Below, piece by piece: positions 1 through 13,262 of a stretch of 38,404 nt of DNA. Origin of the DNA: Callorhinchus milii (lineage: Eukaryota). Both the position numbers and the translations under genes were made by a program. The notes beneath the pieces were generated by a model. The model was not told the DNA's origin, did not search any database, and saw only the letters and a program-made list of their open reading frames with translations. The stretch spans positions 1 through 38,404 of the forward strand of contig NW_024705507.1 of assembly GCF_018977255.1 (NCBI RefSeq). The letters run 5' to 3'. Position 1 is the first letter of the stretch. Each line of letters opens with the position of its first letter.

Positions 1-1952
1 GTACAACATACTTCGGGATTAGGACTGGTACGTTGATGAACGATTAACTACGGTGACCTTTCCCCTCAAGGAACACGTGTTAATCGGGTAGCCAGCCAAG
101 ATGCTGCCGGTTAAGGGCACACTTGTGTGACGGAGATCCTCCACCTAAAATTCTTATAACATGTTTTAAGCTTGGAACATTATAAAATAAAGACCGGACA
201 AACATTTGTTAAAAATACGTTTTATTCATCTGCAATCATTTTTACGTCAAAACTCAAAGGGAATATTTATTATGTCCTATGTTCAAACATTTCCAGTACA
301 ATGCAAACCATTTCCGTTCCAGGAATACCAAAGCGTTAAAGTTTCATTCCCATGATGTCCTTATTAGTTCACCACATTTGTTCACTGTGCGTCTATGTTG
401 AAGTCAAGGCCATATATCCAACGAACACGTCATCAATGTACATCCGGAAACCGGCTATCTAAAGGCGATAAAGCTATGATCATGTCTGAGCTGGGATGAG
501 CGATTAATGTTTACTTTGATTAATCATAACTGTGTGTATGTTAGTGCAATCGGGGCTTAGTGAATACTGCTCATGAATGAACTTTCGGATATAAATTGAA
601 ATCATGTTGGTAGAACAAGTCGCCTGCCTTTTCTAGACGAATTGTTATCTTCAAGTGCGTCCGTAAATATACTGCTAAAATACACAGCATAGGGAAGGCT
701 GCCTTGTTCGGGAGATGTAGTTTGGCTAAGGCGCTGTGGCCGGGTGATGACACGGATTCTGAAACAATGGAGTTAAACACTCGCTGCTTGGCCCCGTCGA
801 CAGCAGCGAAGGCTGTCATATACCGCCCCATTTACGAGTTGGCTGTATATGTGTATAGTTGAAGGTGCTAGGTGTTGTCTTCTTCTAACAGCTACTAACG
901 TGCGTGTGTTGTCTGTTTTTAGGATTTGTCCATTGATGTTGTTTTTTTATTGCGGCGTTTTTTTGTTGAGTTCTGTCACTTGAGTGTTGCAGTTTGTTTA
1001 AGAATTCGTCACGTGAGCGTGGTGTTTTGCTTGTGGGAATTTCGCTTTGTCACAATTTGTGATTGTTATAATAATTGTAACGATTCATAATCTCATGAGT
1101 TAAGAATGGGTTTGTGCGTGATTCTTATACGACCACACTGTGATTCTAATGCTTCTAATGATATTATAATACCTTACCTCCGTTTATATGGTTATAAATT
1201 AAAACACTAGTTTATAATCGTTTAATGTTTAGTGTTATCGTTTATAGTATTACAGTTTACATGTTATAGAGTACAGTTTATCCCCGACATACTTAGGGAT
1301 TAGGGACTGGTACGTTGATGAACGATTAACTACGGGGACCTTTCCCCTCAAGGAACACGTGTTAATCGGGTAGACAGCCAAGATGCTGCCGGTTAAGGGC
1401 ACACTTGTGTGACGGAGATCCTCCACCTGAAATTTAACTAGGAACATTATAAAATAAAGAACGGACAAACATTTGTTAAAAATACGTTTTTTTCATCTGC
1501 AATCAATTTTACGTCAAAACTCGAAGGGAATATTTATTATGTCCTATGTTCACACATTTCCAGTACATGCAAACCATTTCCGTTCCAGGAATACCAAAGC
1601 ATTTCCTTATTAGTTCACCACATTTGTTCACTGTGCGTCTATGTTGAAGTCAAGGCCATATATCCAACGAACGCGTCATCAATGTACATCCTGAAATCGG
1701 CTATCTAAAGTCGATTAATACCAATCAAAAAAGCTATATACTTGAAAAAAACGTTTAAAATGTTGAGTAAAGATGTACCTACAGACGCATTCCAACTTTA
1801 GCTCAACAGGAACACTTAACGACTACAATTGAACCCTCTCACAACCAGTGCTCATCACACCACTTCGGCAAGTAATCCGATAACATTACAAACCACCACT
1901 GTGCACGTAATTAAACTCTCAAAAAACTGTAAAACTAAAATGGTCAAAATTA

Positions 1953-2924
<972 letters not shown>

Positions 2925-3614
2925 GTGAGCGTAGTAACAGCAGCGGTGTTATCGAGTCAAAAGTACGCTATCGGCCGCAAGGATGTTTAGCGTTGAGTTT
3001 TGGATTTTGTTAACTGCTAAAACAAGAACGACACTCGCGTCGAACCGAGACGCAAAAAAATCCCGCTAATTTGACGACGAACACGTTTAAGAGTTTATCC
3101 GCGAAAATAGACACTTACTTGGAGATTCACGGTAATTCGATGTCTGGAACCCGTCTGAAGATGTCGCCACGAACTCTCCCGACGCAAAGTCGCCTAACTG
3201 TCGACACAGCAATTGTGCTCGCCAGGCTGCGTTGTCTCGCGGTTGAAGGGCGATCAGCAGAGCGACGAGTCGAGCGTCCAACCTCATCAAGTTCCCTCTC
3301 GAAATGGCATTGAGCTCTGCTTCTGAGCCGCCTTATAACTCCCCCCCTAGGATCCAATCCTTTGTCTTTCAGGATATTTGCATTCGATTGTTAATTTTGG
3401 AAGGTACAATCCGCATGTCTATTAACATACCGAAGGGTAATGTGCCCATTGTGCTTCATGCATGAATATGTAAGTGCATCTCAGTGTGTAATTGTGCGCT
3501 ATTTTGAATAAAAACTTTGTCCTCGATTTAAAGTGAATGCAGAGAAATTAGCATGTAACTTTAGAAAAGGAAGAGAGCGGCCTTCTCGACGAGGGAGTGA
3601 AACCCAATAGGTAA

Positions 3615-4738
3615 TCTTCTTCCTAGCGTTGTTCCCGCTGTGGCGCAGGGTCCGCTTTTCGGCATTGTCTTCTCCATTTGGCTCGGTCCAGGGCATCTTC
3701 AGGGGATGCGTTGACCGTCTTTATGTCTTCCTTTATTCGATCCATCCATCGCTTCTTCGGACGTCCGCGTGGACGGCGGCCCTCTGGCTCAATACACATG
3801 GCAGTCTTGGCCACTGATGACTCTTCACTTCGCATCACATGGCCGTACCACCGAAGCCTTGCCTCAAGCATCTTGTCCGCAATGGGGGCCACACCAAGTC
3901 GATTCCGAACGTCTTCGTTCATGACACGATCCCATCGAGTGAGTCCGAGGCTCCATCTGAGCATCCTCATCTCCATGGTGTGGAGAGCTTGTTCGTGTAC
4001 AGTTGTGGCTGGCCAGCACTCGGATCCATAGAGTGCCACCGGTCGGACGATGGTCTTGTAAATTTTTCCCTTCAGCCTATCCGGCATTTTCCTATCACAG
4101 AGGACTCCGGTGACTTGCCTCCACTTCATCCATGCCGCATTGACTCGTGACCTCACATCAGTCGTGATGCTACCATCTGAGCTGATGGTGGAACCCAGGT
4201 ACTTGAAGTCCGTCACTTTCTTCAGATCTTCTCTGTCAATGCTGATGGTGCCGTCGGTTTGGGGGCCACACTCCATATACTCCGTCTTTTTGATGTTGAA
4301 CCTCATCCCGTTTTCGTCCAAACGTTCTTTCCACAGGCGCGTTTGTCTTTCCACTTCTCCTCTCTCTTCATCTGAGAGGAGGACGTCATCCGCGTAGAGA
4401 ATTGACCATGGCAGGGGCGTGTGCAGGTCGGCAGTGATCGTGTCCATGCACAGGATAAACAGGAGTGGTGACAGGGCCGATCCTTGGTGCACTCCAACGC
4501 TGATGGGAAATGGCGGTGATATGCCCACTGCACACCTGACTGCACTGGTGACGTTCTTGTATAGGAGTTGCACCCAATGCACGTAGGTTTCAGGGACTCC
4601 ATGGGATCGAAGCGAGTGCCAGATGAGGTCGTGGGGGACCCTGTCAAATGCCTTTTCAAGGTCGAGGAACGACACGTGCACAGCTTTGTTCTTCTCTCTG
4701 TGCCTCTCCAGCAGGAGCCTCGCCGCGAATATGGCGTC
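3615..4738 (-). mobile_element. RTE-clade non-LTR retrotransposon, 3' fragment (copy 1), reverse transcriptase ORF open 3623-4738
   Basis: FLDLEKAFD, VHQGSALSPLLF, LYADD, FKYLGS, RLRWYGHV, RPRGRPKKRW motifs; stop followed directly by GAAGAAGA tail. Confidence 0.95.
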
Positions 4739-5248
4739 TTTTTTATTTATTATGTCCTATGTTCAAACATTTCCAGTACAATGCAAACCATTTCCGTTCC
4801 AGGAATACCAAAGCGTTAAAGTTTCATTCCCCATGATGTCCTTATTAGTTCACCACATTTGTTCACTGTGCGTCTATGTTGAAGTCAAGGCCATATATCC
4901 AACGAACACGTCATCAATGTACATCCGGAAACCGGCTATCTAAAGTCGATTAATACCATTCAAAAAAGCTATATACTTGAAAAAACTGTTTAAAATGTTG
5001 AGTAAAGATGTACCTACAGACGCATTCCAACTTTAGCTCAACAGGAACACTTAACGACTACAATTGAACCCTCTCACAACCAGTGCTCTTCACACCAATT
5101 CGGCAAGTAATCCGATAACATAACAAACCACCACTGTGCACGTAATTAAACTCTCAAAAAAACTGTAAAACTAAAATGGTCAAAATTACACACAAAAGTA
5201 CTCGAAACGGCTTAATAGGTATAACCACATGAAGTAATATTTTTTCAG

Positions 5249-6144
<896 letters not shown>

Positions 6145-6749
6145 CTATCGGCCGCAAGGATGTTTAACACTCGCGTCGAACCGAGACGCAAAAAAATCCC
6201 GCTAATTTGACGACGAACACATTTAAGAGTTTATCCGCGAAAATAGACACTTACTTGGAGCTTCACGGTAATTCGATGTCTGGAACCCGTCTGAAGATGT
6301 CGCCACGAACTCTCCCGACGCAAAGTCGCCTATGTCGACACAGCAATTGTGCTCGCCAGGCTGCGTTGTCTCGCGGTTGAAGGGCGATCAGCAGAGCGAC
6401 GAGTCGAGCGTCCAACCTCATCAAGTTCCCTCTCGAAATGGCATTGAGCTCTGCTTCTGAGCCGCCTTATAACTCCCCCCCTAGGATCCAATCCTTTGTC
6501 TTTCAGGATATTTGCATTCGATTGTTAATTTTGGAAGGCACAATCCGCATGTCTATTAACATACCGAAGGGTAATGTGCCCATTGTGCTTCATGCATGCA
6601 TATGTAAGTGCATCTCAGTGTGTAATTGTGCGTCTATTTTGAATAAAAACTTTGTCCTCGATTTAAAGTGAATGCAGAGAAATTAGCATGTAACTTTAGA
6701 AAAGGAAGAGAGCGGCCTTCTCGACGAGGGAGTGAAACCCAATAGGTAA

Positions 6750-7868
6750 TCTTCTTCCTAGCGTTGTTCCCGCTGTGGCGCAGGGTCCGCTTTTCGGCAT
6801 TGTCTTCTCCATTTGGCTCGGTCCAGGGCATCTTCAGGGGATGCGTTGACCGTCTTTATGTCTTCCTTTATTCGATCCATCCATCGCTTCTTCGGACGTC
6901 CGCGTGGACGGCGGCCCTCTGGCTCAATACACATGGCAGTCTTGGCCACTGATGACTCTTCACTTCGCATCACATGGCCGTACCACCGAAGCCTTGCCTC
7001 AAGCATCTTGTCCGCAATGGGGGCCACACCAAGTCGATTCCGAACGTCTTCGTTCATGACACGATCCCATCGAGTGAGTCCGAGGCTCCATCTGAGCATC
7101 CTCATCTCCATGGTGTGGAGAGCTTGTTCGTGTACAGTTGTGGCTGGCCAGCACTCGGATCCATAGAGTGCCACCGGTCGGACGATGGTCTTGTAAATTT
7201 TTCCCTTCAGCCTATCGGCATTTTCCTATCACAGAGGACTCCGGTGACTTGCCTCCACTTCATCCATGCCGCATTGACTCGTGACCTCACATCAGTCGTG
7301 ATGCTACCATCTGAGCTGATGGTGGAACCCAGGTACTTGAAGTCCGTCACTTTCTTCAGATCTTCTCTGTCAATGCTGATGGTGCCGTCGGTTTGGGGGC
7401 CACACTCCATATACTCCGTCTTTTGATGTTGAACCTCATCCCGTTTTCGTCCAAACGTTCTTTCCACACGCGCGTTTGTCTTTCCACTTCTCCTCTCTCT
7501 TCATCTGAGAGGAGGACGTCATCCGCGTAGAGAATTGACCATGGCAGGGGCGTGTGCAGGTCGGCAGTGATCGTGTCCATGCACAGGATAAACAGGAGTG
7601 GTGACAGGGCCGATCCTTGGTGCACTCCAACGCTGATGGGAAATGGCGGTGATATGCCCACTGCACACCTGACTGCACTGGTGACGTTCTTGTATAGGAG
7701 TTGCACCCAATGCACGTAGGTTTCAGGGACTCCATGGGATCGAAGCGAGTGCCAGATGAGGTCGTGGGGGACCCTGTCAAATGCCTTTTCAAGGTCGAGG
7801 AACACGTGCACAGCTTTGTTCTTCTCTCTGTGCCTCTCCAGCAGGAGCCTCGCCGCGAATATGGCGTC
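6750..7868 (-). mobile_element. RTE-clade LINE 3' fragment (copy 2), frameshifted
   Basis: Near-identical to 3615-4738; RT split over ORFs 7356-7811, 7207-7467, 6758-7174. Confidence 0.95.
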
Positions 7869-8378
7869 TTTTTTATTTATTATGTCCTATGTTCAAACAT
7901 TTCCAGTACAATGCAAACCATTCCGTTCCAGGAATACCAAAGCGTTAAAGTTTCATTCCCCATGATGTCCTTATTAGTTCACCACATTTGTTCACTGTGC
8001 GTCTATGTTGAAGTCAAGGCCATATATCCAACGAACACGTCATCAATGTACATCCGGAAACCGGCTATCTAAAGTCGATTAATACCATTCAAAAAAGCTA
8101 TATACTTGAAAAAAACTGTTTAAAATGTTGAGTAAAGATGTACCTACAGACGCATTCCAACTTTAGCTCAACAGGAACACTTAACGACTACAATTGAACC
8201 CTCTCACAACCAGTGCTCATCACACCAATTCGGCAAGTAATCCGATAACATAACAAACCACCACTGTGCACGTAATTAAACTCTCAAAAAAACTGTAAAA
8301 CTAAAATGGTCAAAATTACACACAAAAGTACTCGAAACGGCTTAATAGGTATAACCACATGAAGTAATATTTTTTCAG

Positions 8379-9389
8379 TCACCCCGAGCTCTCTGTTTGA
8401 TCCTCGAGCCACTCCATTACATCCAGCCATCTCTCGGGATCCAACTGCATGGGATCGAAGGTGGAAACTTCTTCAGGACTCATTGCAGCACCTTGAATTT
8501 CAGTTTTTGATTTCAGTTTCCTATCATTGTGGACCTTCTGATGCCTGTTCAGGTTGACGACCGTGCAAATGCCTTCCCACACGCAGAGCACAGGAACGGC
8601 TTCTCGACCGTGTGTGTTTTCTGGTTGATGAGTGTGCAAATTTCTTCCCACACACAGAGCACAGGAATGGCTTCTCGCCCGTGTGTGTTCTCTGATGACT
8701 ATTAAGAGTTGATAAGTCTGCAAATGCCTTCCCACACACAGGGCACAGGAATGGCTTCTCGCCCGTGTGTGTTCTCTGATGACTATGAAGAGTTGATGAG
8801 TCTGCAAATGCCTTCCCACACACAGGGCACAGGAATGGCTTCTCGCCCGTGTGTGTTCTCTGATGAGTTTGAAGAGTTGATGACTGTGCAAATGCCTTCC
8901 CACACACAGGGCACAGGAATGGCTTCTCGCCCGTGTGCGTTCTCTGATGAGTTTGAAGAGTTGATGACCGTGCAAATGCCTTCCCACACACAGGGCACAG
9001 GAATGGCTTCTCGCCCGTGTGTGTTCTCTGATGAGTTTGAAGAGTTGATGACCGTGCAAATGCCTTCCCACACACAGGGCACAGGAATGGCTTCTCGCCC
9101 GTGTGTGTTCTCTGATGAGTTTGAAGAGTTGACGACCGTGCAAATGCCTTCCCACACACAGGGCACAGGAATGGCTTCTCGCCCGTGTGCGTTCTCTGAT
9201 GGTTTGAAGAGTTGACGACCGTGCAAATGCCTTCCCGCACACAGGGCACAGGAATGGCTTCTCGCCCGTGTGTGTTCTCTGGTGTCTCTGAAGCTTGATT
9301 GCCGTGCAAAATGCCTTCCCACACACAGAGCAATTGAATGGCTTCTTGTCTCCGTGTGCGTGGGGCTGTGGAGAGCGTCTCTGCTCCAT
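8379..9389 (-). pseudogene. ZF3: tandem C2H2 zinc-finger gene, ~10 finger units (one truncated), internal frameshifts but ATG-to-stop ORF remains open (336 aa)
   Basis: ORF 8379-9389 starts MEQRR and ends [10 protein letters not shown]; finger frame is ORF 8524-9333. Confidence 0.9.
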
Positions 9390-10080
9390 GTGAGCTTAGT
9401 AACAGCAGCGGTGTTATCGAGTCAAAAGTACGCTATCGGCCGCAAGGATGTTTAGCGTTGAGTTTTGGATTTTGTTAACTGCTAAAACAAGAACGACACT
9501 CGCGTCGAACCGAGACGCAAAAAAATCCCGCTAATTTGACGACGAACACATTTAAGAGTTTATCCGCGAAAATAGACACTTACTTGGAGCTTCACGGTAA
9601 TTCGATGTCTGGAACCCGTCTGAAGATGTCGCCACGAACTCTCCCGACGCAAAGTCGCCTAACTGTCGACACAGCAATTGTGCTCGCCAGGCTGCGTTGT
9701 CTCGCGGTTGAAGGGCGATCAGCAGAGCGACGAGTCGAGCGTCCAACCTCATCAAGTTCCCTCTCGAAATGGCATTGAGCTCTGCTTCTGAGCCGCCTTA
9801 TAACTCCCCCCCTAGGATCCAATCCTTTGTCTTTCAGGATATTTGCATTCGATTGTTAATTTTGGAAGGCACAATCCGCATGTCTATTAACATACCGAAG
9901 GGTAATGTGCCCATTGTGCTTCATGCATGCATATGTAAGTGCATCTCAGTGTGTAATTGTGCGTCTATTTTGAATAAAAACTTTGTCCTCGATTTCAAGT
10001 GAATGCAGAGAAATTAGCATGTAACTTTAGAAAAGGAAGAGAGCGGCCTTCTCGACGAGGGAGTGAAACCCAATAGGTAA

Positions 10081-11203
10081 TCTTCTTCCTAGCGTTGTTC
10101 CCGCTGTGGCGCAGGGTCCGCTTTTCGGCATTGTCTTCTCCATTTGGCTCGGTCCAGGGCATCTTCAGGGGATGCGTTGACCGTCTTTATGTCTTCCTTT
10201 ATTCGATCCATCCATCGCTTCTTCGGACGTCCGCGTGGACGGCGGCCCTCTGGCTCAATACGCATGGCAGTCTTGGCCACTGATGACTCTTCACTTCGCA
10301 TCACATGGCCGTACCACCGAAGCCTTGCCTCAAGCATCTTGTCCGCAATGGGGGCCACACCAAGTCGATTCCGAACGTCTTCGTTCATGACACGATCCCA
10401 TCGAGTGAGTCCGAGGCTCCATCTGAGCATCCTCATCTCCATGGTGTGGAGAGCTTGTTCGTGTACAGTTGTGGCTGGCCAGCACTCGGATCCATAGAGT
10501 GCCACCGGTCGGACGATGGTCTTGTAAATTTTTCCCTTCAGCCTATTCGGCATTTTCCTATCACAGAGGACTCCGGTGACTTGCCTCCACTTCATCCATG
10601 CCGCATTGACTCGTGACCTCACATCAGTCGTGATGCTACCATCTGAGCTGATGGTGGAACCCAGGTACTTGAAGTCCGTCACTTTCTTCAGATCTTCTCT
10701 GTCAATGCTGATGGTGCCGTCGGTTTGGGGGCCACACTCCATATACTCCGTCTTTTGATGTTGAACCTCATCCCGTTTTCGTCCAAACGTTCTTTCCACA
10801 CGCGCGTTTGTCTTTCCACTTCTCCTCTCTCTTCATCTGAGAGGAGGACGTCATCCGCGTAGAGAATTGACCATGGCAGGGGCGTGTGCAGGTCGGCAGT
10901 GATCGTGTCCATGCACAGGATAAACAGGAGTGGTGACAGGGCCGATCCTTGGTGCACTCCAACGCTGATGGGAAATGGCGGTGATATGCCCACTGCACAC
11001 CTGACTGCACTGGTGACGTTCTTGTATAGGAGTTGCACCCAATGCACGTAGGTTTCAGGGACTCCATGGGATCGAAGCGAGTGCCAGATGAGGTCGTGGG
11101 GGACCCTGTCAAATGCCTTTTCAAGGTCGAGGAACGACACGTGCACAGCTTTGTTCTTCTCTCTGTGCCTCTCCAGCAGGAGCCTCGCCGCGAATATGGC
11201 GTC
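10081..11203 (-). mobile_element. RTE-clade LINE 3' fragment (copy 3), one frameshift
   Basis: ORFs 10688-11146 and 10089-10799; same breakpoint as copies 1 and 2. Confidence 0.95.
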
Positions 11204-11815
11204 TTTTTTATTTATTATGTCCTATGTTCAAACATTTCCAGTACAATGCAAACCATTTCCGTTCCAGGAATACCAAAGCGTTAAAGTTTCATTCCCCATG
11301 ATGTCCTTATTAGTTCACCACATTTGTTCACTGTGCGTCTATGTTGAAGTCAAGGCCATATATCCAACGAACACGTCATCAATGTACATCCGGAAACCGG
11401 CTATCTAAAGTCGATTAATACCATTCAAAAAAGCTATATACTTGAAAAAAACTGTTTAAAATGTTGAGTAAAGATGTACCTACAGACGCATTCCAACTTT
11501 AGCTCAACAGGAACACTTAACGACTACAATTGAACCCTCTCACAACCAGTGCTCTTCACACCAATTCGGCAAGTAATCCGATAACATAACAAACCACCAC
11601 TGTGCACGTAATTAAACTCTCAAAAAAACTGTAAAACTAAAATGGTCAAAATTACACACAAAAGTACTCGAAACGGCTTAATAGGTATAACCACATGAAG
11701 TAATATTTTTTCAGTCACCCCGAGCTCTCTGTTTGATCCTCGAGCCACTCCATTACATCCAGCCATCTCTCGGGATCCAACTGCATGGGATCGAAGGTGG
11801 AAACTTCATCAGGAC

Positions 11816-12571
11816 TCATTGCAGCACCTTGAATTTCAGTTTTGATTTCAGTTTCCTATCATTGTGGACCTTCTGATGCCTGTTCCTGGTTGATGAGTGT
11901 GCAAATTTCTTCCCACACACAGAGCACAGGAATGGCTTCTCGCCCGTGTGTGTTCTCTGATGACTATTAAGAGTTGATAAGTCTGCAAATGCCTTCCCAC
12001 ACACAGGGCACAGGAATGGCTTCTCGCCCGTGTGTGTTCTCTGATGACTATGAAGAGTTGATGAGTCTGCAAATGCCTTCCCACACACAGGGCACAGGAA
12101 TGGCTTCTCGCCCGTGTGCATTCTCTGATGAGTTTGAAGAGTTGATGACCGTGCAAATGCCTTCCCACACACAGGACACAGGAATGGCTTCTCGCCCGTG
12201 TGCGTTCTCTGATGAGTTTGAAGAGTTGATGACCGTGCAAATGCCTTCCCACACACAGGGCACAGGAATGGCTTCTCGCCCGTGTGTGTTCTCTGATGAG
12301 TTTGAAGAGTTGACGACCGTGCAAATGCCTTCCCACACACAGGGCACAGGAATGGCTTCTCGCCAGTGTGCGTTCTCTGATGAGTTTGAAGAGTTGACGA
12401 CCGTGCAAATGCCTTCCCGCACACAGGGCACAGGAATGGCTTCTCGCCCGTGTGTGTTCTCTGGTGTCTCTGAAGACTTGATTGCCGTGCAAATGCCTTC
12501 CCACACACAGAGCAATTGAATGGCTTCTTGTCTCCGTGTGCGTGGGGCTGTGGAGAGCGTCTCTGCTCCAT
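11816..12571 (-). CDS. ZF4: C2H2 zinc-finger protein, 8 in-frame fingers (251 aa); C-terminal motif (11715-11840) out of frame
   Basis: Uninterrupted C-x2-C-x12-H-x3-H array with TGEKPF linkers. Confidence 0.93.
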   Translation of the reverse strand: MEQRRSPQPHAHGDKKPFNCSVCGKAFARQSSLQRHQRTHTGEKPFLCPVCGKAFARSSTLQTHQRTHTGEKPFLCPVCGKAFARSSTLQTHQRTHTGEKPFLCPVCGKAFARSSTLQTHQRTHTGEKPFLCPVCGKAFARSSTLQTHQRMHTGEKPFLCPVCGKAFADSSTLHSHQRTHTGEKPFLCPVCGKAFADLSTLNSHQRTHTGEKPFLCSVCGKKFAHSSTRNRHQKVHNDRKLKSKLKFKVLQ

Positions 12572-12990
12572 GTGAGCTTAGTAACAGCAGCGGTGTTATC
12601 GAGTCAAAAGTACGCTATCGGCCGCAAGGATGTTTAGCGTTGAGTTTTGGATTTTGTTAACTGCTAAAACAAGAACGACACTCGCGTCGAACCGAGACGC
12701 AAAAAAATCCCGCTAATTTGACGACGAACACATTTAAGAGTTTATCCGCGAAAATAGACACTTACTTGGAGCTTCACGGTAATTCGATGTCTGGAACCCG
12801 TCTGAAGATGTCGCCACGAACTCTCCCGACGCAAAGTCGCCTAACTGTCGACACAGCAATTGTGCTCGCCAGGCTGCGTTGTCTCGCGGTTGAAGGGCGA
12901 TCAGCAGAGCGACGAGTCGAGCGTCCAACCTCATCAAGTTCCCTCTCGAAATGGCATTGAGCTCTGCTTCTGAGCCGCCTTATAACTCCC
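12572..12990 (-). promoter_or_regulatory. Conserved ZF 5' module: TATA-like box, Inr-like site, exon 1 (ATG 12934 to 12766), intron 12664-12765
   Basis: TATAAGG at ~12984, CCATTTC about 30 nt downstream, CAA|GTAAGT donor, TTCTTGTTTTAG(CAG) acceptor; module repeated before ZF1,2,3,5,6,9. Confidence 0.55.
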
Positions 12991-13262
12991 CCCCTAGGAT
13001 CCAATCCTTTGTCTTTCAGGATATTTGCATTCGATTGTTAATTTTGGAAGGCACAATCCGCATGTCTATTAACATACCGAAGGGTAATGTGCCCATTGTG
13101 CTTCATGCATGCATATGTAAGTGCATCTCAGTGTGTAATTGTGCGTCTATTTTGAATAAAAACTTTGTCCTCGATTTAAAGTGAATGCAGAGAAATTAGC
13201 ATGTAACTTTAGAAAAGGAAGAGAGCGGCCTTCTCGACGAGGGAGTGAAACCCAATAGGTAA

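Noticed and set aside
510..560. TLINHNCV resembling the SET-domain NHSC motif, which would suggest a true PRDM9
   Set aside because: No other SET motifs, stops nearby, opposite strand to the ZF genes
4739..4752. A6 after AATAAAT on - strand as a poly(A) tail of a retrocopied ZF mRNA
   Set aside because: Units retain promoter and intron; the A run directly abuts the hexamer, so it is better read as junction filler
3629..4943. Short + strand ORFs overlapping the RTE copies
   Set aside because: Antisense shadows of the RT ORF, repeated only because the DNA is duplicated
11974..12519. Antisense repetitive ORFs ([24 protein letters not shown]) over each ZF array
   Set aside because: Shadow ORFs of the finger repeat; no independent support
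11860..12520. Regular repeats with variable intervening bases resembling a CRISPR array
   Set aside because: 84-bp period encodes C2H2 fingers; no unique spacers, no cas genes, eukaryotic context
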